64,000 nt of DNA from Vulcanimicrobiota bacterium (GCA_963714015.1 OY970223.1:2112001-2176000), one strand, 5' to 3'; positions 20,560 to 30,312 are shown, counted from the stretch's first letter. A program made the numbers and translations. The notes: generated by a model not told the origin, from the letters alone.

Positions 20560-21723
20560 CTACCAGTAAAAGTTGCAGCCCGTTCCACCGGAATTGCACA
20601 CGACGACGTCTCCCGTGTGCGGCCACGACGGACCGGTGTCATCCTCGGTCCAGTCGATGCCCTGACTGCTTTGATTGTCGTAATAGTAGCGTCCCTGAAC
20701 GTAGGCGTAATCGCCGACTGCAACCCACGGCCATTGCGAAGGCGGTTTGTGGTTGGGAGCCTGCGCCATCGCGTCGAGGTTGGAGACGATCTCGATGTCG
20801 TATCCGGACGGCATCTCAACGTAGAAGTAGCCGTGCAGGCCGCTGGACGTTCTCTTCGCCGGCAACACTTGCGTGACGCTGCCGCAGACGTCTACGAGTT
20901 GATCGTCGCCCGGCTGAAGTTGACCGTTACCGAATTCTTTCTGATACGTGAGGAATTGCTGGTCGTTGCAAGGATATGCGGTCGGCGTGGGGCTGGGACT
21001 CGGGCTCGGCGTTGTACTCGGTGTCGGTGACGGCGTCGGGGAAGGGGTGTTTGACGGATTCGGCGTCGGCGTTGGCGAGTTCGACGGACTCGGAGTCGGC
21101 GTGTTCGTTCCGCTCCATGCAACGTCGTCCACGTATTGGAAAATGTAACCGCCGCTCCAGCCGTTTCCGTGCGCGCCGAAATACAACCAAACCGTTCGTC
21201 CGGCGTAAGAAGCGACGTTGTACGAAAGCTGGACCCAGCCTTTGGTCTTCGCGGCGGTGGTGTACAGGTTGTCGAGTACGTTACCGCTGCTGTCCAGCAG
21301 ATCTGCTTCTTGCCAAGCGTAGTCGGTGTTGACTTCGTTTGTGCCTTGCCACACCCAGAACGCGATGTTGCCGTTCGAAGGGACCTGAACTTCTTGACAC
21401 ACGCCTGAATCGCCGTTGACCTCGGGAGCGGAAGTGGAACCGCTGAATTCCGAATAGGATCCGGAGTGTGCTTTGGCGCGGGTGATCGATGCGTTGACGT
21501 CTCCGCACTGTTGCCAGTACGTGAAGCCGCCGGACTCAAATCCCCGGTCCATGAGTTTTCCGCTCGAGTCGAACGCGTGCCGCCCGTTCTGATGCGGAAG
21601 CACGATTCTGCGAGCAACCGAATCGCCGCGAGAAATCGGTGCCGTTGCCGGGTTGCCGCCTTGACCTGCGCACGCAGCGAGCACAAGCGCGCTAATCAAT
21701 AGCAGACCTCGTAGTTTTCGCAA
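20560..21723 (-). CDS. Modular lipoprotein: carbohydrate-binding-like jelly-roll domain, Pro/Thr linker, C-terminal DUF3465-like OB-fold domain
   Basis: GGAGG RBS and TTG 21723; lipobox LAAC; GFESG...W...AHSGSYS, W...SYNVASYAGRTVWLYF; TPTPSPS linker; GSVTQVLP...HGYF...VGD...VQGRY....IDWT. Confidence 0.8.
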   Translation of the reverse strand: MRKLRGLLLISALVLAACAGQGGNPATAPISRGDSVARRIVLPHQNGRHAFDSSGKLMDRGFESGGFTYWQQCGDVNASITRAKAHSGSYSEFSGSTSAPEVNGDSGVCQEVQVPSNGNIAFWVWQGTNEVNTDYAWQEADLLDSSGNVLDNLYTTAAKTKGWVQLSYNVASYAGRTVWLYFGAHGNGWSGGYIFQYVDDVAWSGTNTPTPSPSNSPTPTPNPSNTPSPTPSPTPSTTPSPSPSPTPTAYPCNDQQFLTYQKEFGNGQLQPGDDQLVDVCGSVTQVLPAKRTSSGLHGYFYVEMPSGYDIEIVSNLDAMAQAPNHKPPSQWPWVAVGDYAYVQGRYYYDNQSSQGIDWTEDDTGPSWPHTGDVVVCNSGGTGCNFYW

Positions 21724-21993
21724 GACAGACCTCCACAGTGGAATCGCTCCTATTTTGCGGCATCGGGTGGATGCGTGTATAGCGGCGATTCGCAGGTAAG
21801 TGAAAACGCGTGCTCTTGCGATAATCACGCGTGCAGCATTTGCGCAACGATGCGGTAGACGATTTTATCGTGTTGCGCACGATCGGGATACCTCGCCTTT
21901 GGATGACAGCTATTTGACATCCCCCCGATCTTGGGGGGAGCGCCGCCGCGCCGCTGAATGCTATGGTTGTACGAACGAGCTTTGGGAGGGTCA

Positions 21994-23532
21994 ATGGTGC
22001 CGCGTTCACGCAGCAGGTCTCTTTTTACATATGCCGCGATCGTCGCCGTCTTTATGGCCGGCTGCCATGGTTCAGGCGGAAGTCTCACGCCGCCCGTTTC
22101 GGGGCCGGCGCCCTTCGGGCAATCCCTGATCGACCAAGCTTTGCAGCCTGGCCTCGCGCCGCTGAGGAGTCAGCCTCCGGTGGCCATGCAGCTTTCGTTT
22201 TTGATGACCGACGGATCCGTATTAGCGCAAAGCAACCAAGACAACGCCGCCTGGTACAAATATCTTCCGGACAAGAACGGCAACTATAGCGACGGCACTT
22301 GGACTCAGGTCGCAAGGCTGCCCCAAGGATACGGGCCCAGCGCGTTTTCTTCGGCGGTTTTGGCCGACGGACGACTGTTGATCAGCGGCGGGGAGTACAA
22401 TTCACCGGGCAACTACAATCTGCAATTGACGAACCTGGGCGCGGTCTACGATCCGATTCAGAACACGTGGACGAAGCTGGGTCATCCTACGGGATGGCAA
22501 TGGATCGGTGATTCACCGAACAGCGTCTTGCCGGGCGGCAAGTTCTTTATGGCGCAGAAGCTCACGAAAGCCGGCGCAGAACTCGATCCTAAAACGCTGC
22601 AGTGGAAGATCGTCGGAACCGCCGGCAAGTCGGATTTCAATGCGGAAGAGGGCTTCACGCTGCTTCCCAACGGCACCGTGCTTACCGCAGACGTCAAAAA
22701 CGCGCCCAACTCGGAGATCTGGAATCCGGGTACGGGGCAATGGAAAAGCGCCGGTTCGACCATCGTCGATCTTCATTCACCCACGGATATTCAAGGTTGT
22801 CTGACCTACGGGCCCAAGCCGCAAGACTGCTACTACCCTCCGGGCGAAATCGGCCCGTCGATTCTTCGGCCGGACGGGACGGTTTTCTATTTCGGTTCGT
22901 ACACGGCCAGCGGCGGCGCGGGACATACGGCGATATACAACATCGCCACGGGAACATGGAAGGCCGGTCCCGATTTTCCGAACGACGATAACGCCGGCGA
23001 TTCGTTCGCGGTGCTGCTTCCGAGCAGTGACGTGCTCGTGCTGGGCTCGAGCGGAACGATGTACCTTTACGACGGCAAACAATTTACGAACGTCGGAAGC
23101 GTGAGCGGCGCGCCGTTGCTGCTGCCGACCGGACAGGTCTTGATGGTAGGCTCAACGGACGTCCTGTATACGCCCGCTGGTAAGCCGCAGGCATCGTGGG
23201 CGCCGACGATTTCGTCGGTACCGGCGACCGTTACGCGGGGCCAAACGTACACAGTTACCGGCACGAAGTTCAACGGCTGGGGACAGGCGATGTCTTTCGG
23301 CGACGAGTATCAAAACGCCACGAATTATCCGCTGGTGCGCATCAAGAATGTTGCGACCGGACACGTATTCTATGCCAGAACGCACGACCACAGCACGATG
23401 GCCGTGGCAACGGGTTCCAAGCCGGTCTCGACGCATTTCGACGTGCCCGCAAATGCGGAAACCGGCGCGAGCACGCTCGTCGTCGTTGCCAACGGCATCG
23501 CGTCGGCACCCAAGAGCATCACGGTCCAGTAA
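21994..23532 (+). CDS. Kelch/galactose-oxidase-like beta-propeller lipoprotein with C-terminal Ig-like domain
   Basis: Lipobox-like MAGC; repeats VLADGRLLISGGEY, LLPNGTVL, LRPDGTV, LLPTGQVL; NYPLVRI...LVVVANGIAS; GGGAGG RBS. Confidence 0.85.
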   Translation: MVPRSRSRSLFTYAAIVAVFMAGCHGSGGSLTPPVSGPAPFGQSLIDQALQPGLAPLRSQPPVAMQLSFLMTDGSVLAQSNQDNAAWYKYLPDKNGNYSDGTWTQVARLPQGYGPSAFSSAVLADGRLLISGGEYNSPGNYNLQLTNLGAVYDPIQNTWTKLGHPTGWQWIGDSPNSVLPGGKFFMAQKLTKAGAELDPKTLQWKIVGTAGKSDFNAEEGFTLLPNGTVLTADVKNAPNSEIWNPGTGQWKSAGSTIVDLHSPTDIQGCLTYGPKPQDCYYPPGEIGPSILRPDGTVFYFGSYTASGGAGHTAIYNIATGTWKAGPDFPNDDNAGDSFAVLLPSSDVLVLGSSGTMYLYDGKQFTNVGSVSGAPLLLPTGQVLMVGSTDVLYTPAGKPQASWAPTISSVPATVTRGQTYTVTGTKFNGWGQAMSFGDEYQNATNYPLVRIKNVATGHVFYARTHDHSTMAVATGSKPVSTHFDVPANAETGASTLVVVANGIASAPKSITVQ

Positions 23533-23540
23533 TGTAACGC

Positions 23541-24182
23541 GTGACCGCGTTCCGCGAGGAGTCTGAGGAGCACGTCGTCCACCGCCTGGAGGCGTTCTCG
23601 GACATTGTCATTGGATTCAGCCTAGCCCAGCTCACGTTAAACCTGGTCTTTCCGGCGGATGTCTTGGATCTCTTTGGGAAGGATTCGATCACCCTCATCG
23701 CGTTCGTGATGACGTTCGGCGTCGTCGCTTCGATGTGGTGGACGCACCACCGCATGTTTACGCATTTTTTCGTGCCCACCGCGCTGAACATCGTGCTGAA
23801 CTTCTGCTCCCTGGGCGCCGTGATGTTCTTGGTGTACACGCTACAGGTGTGGCTGCATGCGACCAAGCACCATTACGTCGCGTACGTCATGTACGCCGGA
23901 TCGATCGCTGCGATCATGCTGATCAATTCGTTTCTCACGTTCCGCGGCGTGAAGCTTCGCGGGGATCGCATGCCGCGAGAAATTGCGGACCGCGGCCGGC
24001 GCCGCAGCCGGCGCTTGATGGTCATCGGATTGGCTTTCGCGGCACTAGCAGCGTCAACCGCGATCGTTCGCAACAACAACGAGTTGGGAAATATCATCCT
24101 CGTCGTTACCGCTGTCCTCATCGGGCTGCTGCGATTAGCCGAGTGGCGCAGCTCGCCCACTCCGATGCGCCCACGTAGCTGA
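23541..24182 (+). CDS. TMEM175 (DUF1211) family potassium channel
   Basis: RLEAFSD signature, WWTHH motif, about 6 TM helices. Confidence 0.88.
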   Translation: MTAFREESEEHVVHRLEAFSDIVIGFSLAQLTLNLVFPADVLDLFGKDSITLIAFVMTFGVVASMWWTHHRMFTHFFVPTALNIVLNFCSLGAVMFLVYTLQVWLHATKHHYVAYVMYAGSIAAIMLINSFLTFRGVKLRGDRMPREIADRGRRRSRRLMVIGLAFAALAASTAIVRNNNELGNIILVVTAVLIGLLRLAEWRSSPTPMRPRS

Positions 24183-24249
24183 GACGGGCAGGCAAGTAGG
24201 CCGTTGGTCCCGCCAGCCGCGAAAATCGCGGCTGAGGGAAGCGACGATT

Positions 24250-24284
24250 GTGCACTTGTATTTAGCAAGTACACTTGCTATAAT
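24250..24284 (+). promoter_or_regulatory. Sigma70-type promoter overlapped by operator GTGCACTTG-N7-CAAGTACAC
   Basis: TTGTAT (24256-61), 17 nt, TATAAT (24279-84). The inverted repeat at 24250-24274 covers the -35. Confidence 0.75.
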
Positions 24285-24337
24285 GACCGGGAGGCAGTGT
24301 CCCATGCGTGGGCGCCTTGTAAAGAAGGAGAACGACA

Positions 24338-24748
24338 ATGCAATCCAGCCTGACGATTCAGCCCTCGCAATCGACCTTGTGGACAGCCCGTGTCATCGAA
24401 GTGCTCGTTGTGCTCTTTATGCTCTTTGACGTCGTCGGCAAGTACATGCGCCCGGCGCCCGTGGTGGACGCTTTTGCAAGACAAGGTATGCCCCTGGCGC
24501 TTGCGCCCCTCATCGGGACGCTGCTGCTGGTGCTGACCGTGTTGTACGCTCTGCCCCGCACGTCTGTACTCGGCGCCGTTTTACTGACCGGCTATTTCGG
24601 CGGTGCGTGCGCAGCCAACATGCGTGCCGGCTTCTCGCTGTTCGAAACGCTCTTTCCGGTCCTCTTCGGCATCCTGATGTGGGTGCCGGTCTATCTTCTG
24701 GAACCGCGGCTGCGCGCCGTGCTTCCTCGAAGGCTCGAAGTGGAATAA
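24338..24748 (+). CDS. DoxX family membrane protein
   Basis: PRTSVLGAVLLTGYFGGA signature, 4 TM helices, AAGGAG RBS. Confidence 0.9.
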   Translation: MQSSLTIQPSQSTLWTARVIEVLVVLFMLFDVVGKYMRPAPVVDAFARQGMPLALAPLIGTLLLVLTVLYALPRTSVLGAVLLTGYFGGACAANMRAGFSLFETLFPVLFGILMWVPVYLLEPRLRAVLPRRLEVE

Positions 24749-24798
24749 AGTGACAAAACCTCCTGCACCCGGTGCGGAGGTAGGATATTATCGACTCT

Positions 24799-26577
24799 AT
24801 GCGTCGTACGGTCCGAGGAAAACTCGGAGATTTCACTACCGACCCGGCAAGGCTGGCGATTCTCTGCGCCTACGCCGTCGTCATCGGCGCGCTGTGCGCG
24901 GGCGTCGCCAAGGCCTTGCTCGCGCTAATCGGATTCATCACGCAGCTCGCGTATTTTCAGCGCATCGGATCGGCGACGCTCACGCAACCCGATCCGGGCC
25001 ATTTGGGCCCCGTCTCAATCCTGATTCCAATCGCGGGCGGCCTGGCAGTGGGCCTCATCGCGCGGTACGGATCGGAAAAGATCCGCGGACACGGCATTCC
25101 TGAAGCGATTCAGGCGATTTTGGATCGCGACAGCGTCATTCAAGCGCGCGTCGCATACCTGAAGCCGATCGCCTCCGCAATTACCATCGGGACCGGTGGA
25201 CCGTTCGGCGCGGAAGGTCCGATCATCATGACGGGTGCGGCCTTCGGATCGTTGTTCGCGCAGTTCATTCGACTGACGTCTATCGAACGCCGGGTGCTGC
25301 TCGTGTGCGGAGCTGCTGCGGGCATGTCCGCGACGTTCGGTGCGCCCATTGCTTCGGTCTTGATCGCCGTCGAATTGCTGCTCTTCGAATGGAAGCCCCG
25401 CAGCTTCGTTCCCGTTGCTGTGGCGGCGTTCATCGCTGAAGTAATTCGCACGATCATCATCGGGCCTAATCCGCCGTTTCTCATCGCGCATCCTCATGTA
25501 ATCCATACGAGCGCGCTCGGATGGGCTGCAGTGGTCGGTATCGGGGGCGGCGTCGTATCGGCCGTCATGACGAAACTCGTTTACACAACCGAGGACTTGT
25601 ACGAGCGGCTTCCGATCCATTGGATGTGGTGGCCGGCGATTGGCGGAGCGATCGTCGGTGTGGGCGGATGGTTCGTGCCGCAAGCGCTGGGTGTGGGGTA
25701 CGCGACGATCAACGGCCTGCTGAACGCGCAACTGGCAATCGGCGTCGTCGTCGGAATTATCATCGTAAAGGTCGTCATTTGGATTGCGGCGTTGGGCTCG
25801 GGCACGTCGGGCGGCGTCCTTGCGCCGCTGCTGATGATCGGCGGCGCGATGGGCACCTTGTTTTCCATCGCGATACCCGGACACGACGCATCCGTGTGGG
25901 CGACGGTAGGAATGGCTGCGCTGATGGGCGGCACGATGCGCGCACCGTTCATGGCGACGATCTTTGCGCTCGAAACGACGCATGCTTGGAGCCTGCTGCC
26001 TTCCGTATTCATCGGATGCGTTGCGGCGACGTCGTTTACCGTCATTTTCGTCCCGCGTTCAATTCTCACGGAGAAACTCGCCAGACGCGGCATGCACGTC
26101 GCTCGCGAGTATTCGGTACATCCCTTCGAGCTAATCGCGGTGAGCTCGGTGATGATTGCGCGCGGCGCCATACCTGAGCTGAACGGCGAGATGACGGTGC
26201 GCGAAGCGGCCGAACGGCTCGTCCAGGTTCATCCGGCCTCGCAATACACCGAATATCCCGTCGTCGATTCGAACGGCGCACTTACCGGATTTGTCCCTTA
26301 CACGGAGATTCTCTTCAGGAACCGCAACGGCGGCGCAGGCGATCGTCGACTCTCGTCGCTGGCGCGCAGGCCGCTGACCGTACGCAGCGAGGATCGCGTG
26401 CGTTCGGCGGTCAGTTCGATGGCGCGCGCTCGACGCTCGAGCGTTGCCGTACTGGACGAAGAACAGCGCTGGTGCGGTGTGTTGACGGTTGCGAATCTGC
26501 TCGAGGCGTGGCGCAAGGGCATGGCCATTGAAACCCGGCGGGTCCGCGTGCGATCGCTGTCGCGTCTTAGCACGTGA
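24799..26577 (+). CDS. ClC chloride channel/transporter with C-terminal CBS pair
   Basis: GHGIPE, GGPFGAEGP (gating Glu), GAAAG.SA.F.API, GGVLAPLL, CBS YPVVD...G. Confidence 0.93.
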   Translation: MRRTVRGKLGDFTTDPARLAILCAYAVVIGALCAGVAKALLALIGFITQLAYFQRIGSATLTQPDPGHLGPVSILIPIAGGLAVGLIARYGSEKIRGHGIPEAIQAILDRDSVIQARVAYLKPIASAITIGTGGPFGAEGPIIMTGAAFGSLFAQFIRLTSIERRVLLVCGAAAGMSATFGAPIASVLIAVELLLFEWKPRSFVPVAVAAFIAEVIRTIIIGPNPPFLIAHPHVIHTSALGWAAVVGIGGGVVSAVMTKLVYTTEDLYERLPIHWMWWPAIGGAIVGVGGWFVPQALGVGYATINGLLNAQLAIGVVVGIIIVKVVIWIAALGSGTSGGVLAPLLMIGGAMGTLFSIAIPGHDASVWATVGMAALMGGTMRAPFMATIFALETTHAWSLLPSVFIGCVAATSFTVIFVPRSILTEKLARRGMHVAREYSVHPFELIAVSSVMIARGAIPELNGEMTVREAAERLVQVHPASQYTEYPVVDSNGALTGFVPYTEILFRNRNGGAGDRRLSSLARRPLTVRSEDRVRSAVSSMARARRSSVAVLDEEQRWCGVLTVANLLEAWRKGMAIETRRVRVRSLSRLST

Positions 26578-26604
26578 AGGGGTTTTGGAATATGCGAGCG
26601 GCGT

Positions 26605-27549
26605 TCAGCGGATCACTGTCGAGCGGGGATTGCGCTCCAGAGAAGGGCGGTCCCAATTGCCCAGGCCGGCTGCGGACTCGTACGTCGCTTGGAAAAAATC
26701 GAGGACCATCGCGTCCGGATCGGATGACTGACGCACAGCATCGTACGGGAGCAGAAACTCACGCAGTTGAGTGTTGTATGAAGATTCCGCCGGACCGGAC
26801 GCGGCCTCAGCAAAGCCCGGGGGCTCGGGATACGCGTACGCGTAGAACATTGCGTCCAAACCGTACCCGCCCGGCCAAAATCCGCAACTGCTGACCTCAT
26901 GCGAGTACGCCTCGCGCGTAATCCAATCCGGCAGATTCGGAATGCCGCCCGGATGTTCGGGTGCGCGGCGTCCCGAGAAACGCGTAACCGCCAAGTCCAG
27001 CGCGCCCCAGAACAGGTGCACCGGGCTCACTTTCCCGATGAAGCGCGAACGGAATTCTTTTGCAAGCCGATCTGCTTGCAGCAGCACGCGCCAGAAGCGA
27101 TGCGCGTACGCTCTATCGTACGCGGTATGCGTCCGATCTTGTTCGAACGGGATGGCGTCCGGAATCTCGCTGGGCATCGTGCGAATACGCGTCTCAATTC
27201 CGTGTTCGCGGAGTTGCTCCATGACGCGGCTGTAGAATGTCGCCACCGCCATCGGCTCGAGGGACATTGCCGTTTGCATACCATCGCAATCGGAGATTTC
27301 GAGGCGGTGAGCGATGAAGTCGAAGTCGATTTGAAACGATCGGCTGCTGCTGCAAGGCATGGCGGATGTCGTCAGCCCTCGTGACGTCACGTAGAGCGCG
27401 ACCTGCCACCAGTGGTTGACCATCGGCTCGTGCGCGAGACGGATCTTTCCAACGACCTGCGTCCACAATTGGAGTGTGTCGAGCGTGTCTTTCCAGACGT
27501 CAACGTGCAGTTCGGGCCAAGCAGGTTCGGCCCGAAGCTCGGCGGTCAT
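26605..27549 (-). CDS. DUF5996 family protein
   Basis: TLQLWTQVVGKIRL, NHWW, GKVSPVHLFWG.LDLAVTRFSGR, EAYSHEVSSCGFWPG, FYAYAYPEP; AGGAG RBS. Confidence 0.88.
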   Translation of the reverse strand: MTAELRAEPAWPELHVDVWKDTLDTLQLWTQVVGKIRLAHEPMVNHWWQVALYVTSRGLTTSAMPCSSSRSFQIDFDFIAHRLEISDCDGMQTAMSLEPMAVATFYSRVMEQLREHGIETRIRTMPSEIPDAIPFEQDRTHTAYDRAYAHRFWRVLLQADRLAKEFRSRFIGKVSPVHLFWGALDLAVTRFSGRRAPEHPGGIPNLPDWITREAYSHEVSSCGFWPGGYGLDAMFYAYAYPEPPGFAEAASGPAESSYNTQLREFLLPYDAVRQSSDPDAMVLDFFQATYESAAGLGNWDRPSLERNPRSTVIR

Positions 27550-27558
27550 AGGCAACTC

Positions 27559-28386
27559 CTATTGCTGAAAGAGCGCGTTCAGCTCGGCATAAGGAATGCG
27601 TTCCGCGGCAAAGTCGAACGATCCGTTTTCTTTCAGGCTTTTGGCCATGTCGCGAAAGTGGGCCAGAGCGTATGAGGTTGAACCGGAGCCCGTGCTGATT
27701 CGCGCCACGCCAAGCTCGGCCATTCGGCCCACTGTCGGAGCGCCGGCGCCCGCCAAAATGTTCAGCGGACCATTGATTGCCTTTACCAGTTCAGCGATCG
27801 TGGGTTCATCGGTGACGCCCGGCACGAACGCGCCGGCGGCGCCGGCTTCCAAATAAAGGTTGGCGCGGAGCACCGACTCCCGGAATCGCCACTCGTCGCT
27901 GTCGCCGAGATCCAGCAAAAAAGAATCGGTACGCGCATTGATGACGAGAGGCACGCCAAGCTCTGCAGCCGTCGCACGCATCGCCCGAATACGCGCGGCA
28001 TGGAACTGCGGCTCGACTAGTCCGCCGTTGCCGTCCGCGTCCTCGAAATTCAATCCGACTGCGCCGGCCTGAATCGCGCCGCGCGCCGTGGCTGCGGCGT
28101 CTTGTTCGCCGGGGCCGTAAGCCGCCTCCAGATCCGCGGTCACCGGCGCATTGACGACGCGGCTCACGGTGCGCACGCAGTTCAGCATCTCTTCGCGAGA
28201 GATGCGTTCTCCGTCGGCGTAGCCTTGCGCAAATGCGACGCCGGCGCTGGTTGTGGCGATCGCCGGGTAACCGAGACTTTCGATGATTCGCGCAGTGACG
28301 GCGTCCCAGGCATTGATCAGCACGAGGGGCTGACCTGGTTTATGAAGCGCCAGGAGCGCTTCGGCTTTTTCGCGTTGTGTGGGCAT
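27559..28386 (-). CDS. Isocitrate lyase/PEP mutase family protein
   Basis: NAWD, ATTSAG, PVTADLE, GLNFED, INARTD, YLEAGA, PLNI. Confidence 0.92.
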   Translation of the reverse strand: MPTQREKAEALLALHKPGQPLVLINAWDAVTARIIESLGYPAIATTSAGVAFAQGYADGERISREEMLNCVRTVSRVVNAPVTADLEAAYGPGEQDAAATARGAIQAGAVGLNFEDADGNGGLVEPQFHAARIRAMRATAAELGVPLVINARTDSFLLDLGDSDEWRFRESVLRANLYLEAGAAGAFVPGVTDEPTIAELVKAINGPLNILAGAGAPTVGRMAELGVARISTGSGSTSYALAHFRDMAKSLKENGSFDFAAERIPYAELNALFQQ

Positions 28387-28446
28387 GCCCTTTGTAACCC
28401 GGCTCAAGCAGTCCGGGCTGCACCATGTTCGACGCCGGAGACGGAT

Positions 28447-28764
28447 TTAGGCGGCGTGCACGCAGTCGATGATCGGGAAGACGGCGTCGACGCTGGTGAT
28501 CCTAAGAATCCGACGGCCGAATTCGCTGGGCATCGCGATTAAGACCCGCTGCCGCGGTATGCGCAGGCGCCGGAAGTTGCAGAGCTCGTAGAGCGCGGAA
28601 CTATCGAAGTAGCCGCATTTGCAGAAGTCGATGAGAACGTGAGGCGCGGTGGTGTCCAGAGCGTGAAGAGCCTGGTGAAAGGGCGATTGCGTCGAGATGT
28701 CGAGTTCTCCGTCGACGACAAGGACCGGAACGCCGGAATGCGTTTCATTGATGAATTGCGGCAT
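28447..28764 (-). CDS. STAS-domain anti-anti-sigma factor
   Basis: GELDI, IDF....YFDSSAL (phosphorylatable Ser), RILRITSVD; TACGAT 6 nt before the ATG. Confidence 0.88.
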   Translation of the reverse strand: MPQFINETHSGVPVLVVDGELDISTQSPFHQALHALDTTAPHVLIDFCKCGYFDSSALYELCNFRRLRIPRQRVLIAMPSEFGRRILRITSVDAVFPIIDCVHAA

Positions 28765-28843
28765 GCACCTATCGTAGGCGGTCCCCGGACGGCAAACAAG
28801 ATTCTCTAAGGGCAGCGCCTCAGACTTGTGATCCGGCCTGGGA

Positions 28844-29257
28844 TTATGCCTCCGCTTCCCGGCGTCGCGCAGCAAAGGAGCGCGCGGCAATCAGCATCGC
28901 GTGCTGAATTTCGTGAAGCGGCTTTGTGCGCAGCATCACGATCGGCACGTGATCCGCGAGGTAAGGGTTGCTGCCGTGGAACCACGCGCGCGCCGTTTCG
29001 ACGTCGCTTGGGTGGACGAGCGTCAGGGCCAGCTGCAGCGCAAAGCGCAGCACGTGCGGCCGTTGAGGGCCTCGTCCATGCATCCATTGCGCGACCGCGC
29101 GCGTTTCCTGAACGCCGCCGATGTCAGCCACGGCCGGGGCACCAAGAATGTCGGTAAGGAGCCGGACGACATCCTCGATCGGCGCGCTCATGGCGCGCTC
29201 GTGCGCTTGAGCGTCGTCTCCCGGCAGAAGGTTTTCGCCGGCTTCCTTGGTCCTCAT
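28844..29257 (-). CDS. Xre/MbcA/ParS-like (DUF2384-type) antitoxin-related protein, no adjacent toxin
   Basis: HTH-like LGAPAVADIGGV..TRAVAQW; C-terminal ARAWFHGSNPYLADHVPIVMLR resembles the W...N..L....P motif. Confidence 0.65.
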   Translation of the reverse strand: MRTKEAGENLLPGDDAQAHERAMSAPIEDVVRLLTDILGAPAVADIGGVQETRAVAQWMHGRGPQRPHVLRFALQLALTLVHPSDVETARAWFHGSNPYLADHVPIVMLRTKPLHEIQHAMLIAARSFAARRREAEA

Positions 29258-29352
29258 CACACCGTATATACCATACGAAATCCCAGCTCGAAACATGCAA
29301 TAAAATACATGGTGGCGGCTTGCTTAGGAGAGTGTCGGGGGAGCCGAAGAGC

Positions 29353-30312
29353 TTAGCGGATGTTCGTGTCGGGTTCGGCCATGAGAGCTTCTTTGGTGAC
29401 AAAGAAGCTGAGGGGTCGCGAGGGCCGCTCCGCCTGGGCGATCTGCTCGAAAGAGATGCTAGCCCGTTCGTAGCGGTGATCGCCCACGCCCACCGGTGCA
29501 AGGGCTGTCTCCGAACTGATGTACTGGGCACCGTTCACGTCGTCGAATGTTATCAGCCACGGGACCTTGGAGGCGGCGAAGTTGCCCGCGCTCACCAGTT
29601 GCACGGTGTCGTACGTGTGCGTCTCGACCCATAGTTCGCGCAAGCGCAGCTTTTGCGGATCGTAGTTGGGCGTGAGTTTGAGGTGGTAGCATTGGACGCC
29701 GTTCAGCGTCTCGATCCCCGCAAATTCGATCGTGTAACGGCGCGAAAACGCGGTGACTGAAGCGATCGTCTTATCGCTGCCGCTCGTGACGCTCTGCTCG
29801 GCTTTGGAGGCCGGAACGGGATCGTTGAACTCTTTGCGTATTTGATCGACCAGCGGATCGCCGGACGGCTCGTCACCCTGGCTCGAGGCAAGCGTCATGC
29901 CAAACGAATAGGTAGGCGAGACTATCGGAACGCCGAGAAAATCCACCGCTTCGCCGGGATTACCGACGCGTTTGTCCATCAGCGGTTGAAAGTTCCGTTT
30001 TGGAATCAGATGGATCGTTACGCCGTTCGGATCGGGCGGAGCGGCTTGCTCTTCGTCACTGATCGGATTGACGCCGATTTTGCCGTTTGTCGAATCGAAC
30101 GCCAAATGATAATGCTTGGCCTTGGGGACGCCGTTCTCCGTCACGTCTACCGCCACGGTGTACGTGAGATAGTCGGGATAGCGCTGCTGCGCCCAGACCT
30201 GGCGAGCCTGCGCGAAAATACCGTACGGATCGGGCGTCCCGGCAGAGCCGGCCGTACCCGGCAGCAGAAGGCCCGCTAGAAGGTGCAGCACTCTGCCCTC
30301 ATCATACCCCAT
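29353..30312 (-). CDS. Secreted hypothetical protein, possibly LolA/MucB-like fold in the C-terminal half
   Basis: Hydrophobic N-terminus (start could be GTG ~30291); YTIEFAGIETLNGVQCYHLKLTP...LWVE pattern. Confidence 0.7.
   Translation of the reverse strand: MGYDEGRVLHLLAGLLLPGTAGSAGTPDPYGIFAQARQVWAQQRYPDYLTYTVAVDVTENGVPKAKHYHLAFDSTNGKIGVNPISDEEQAAPPDPNGVTIHLIPKRNFQPLMDKRVGNPGEAVDFLGVPIVSPTYSFGMTLASSQGDEPSGDPLVDQIRKEFNDPVPASKAEQSVTSGSDKTIASVTAFSRRYTIEFAGIETLNGVQCYHLKLTPNYDPQKLRLRELWVETHTYDTVQLVSAGNFAASKVPWLITFDDVNGAQYISSETALAPVGVGDHRYERASISFEQIAQAERPSRPLSFFVTKEALMAEPDTNIR

Noticed and set aside
20980..21110. Repetitive GGCGTCGG/GGACTCGG tract, possible repeat array
   Set aside because: It encodes the Pro/Thr/Ser linker of the lipoprotein; there are no constant repeats with unique spacers, so it is not CRISPR.
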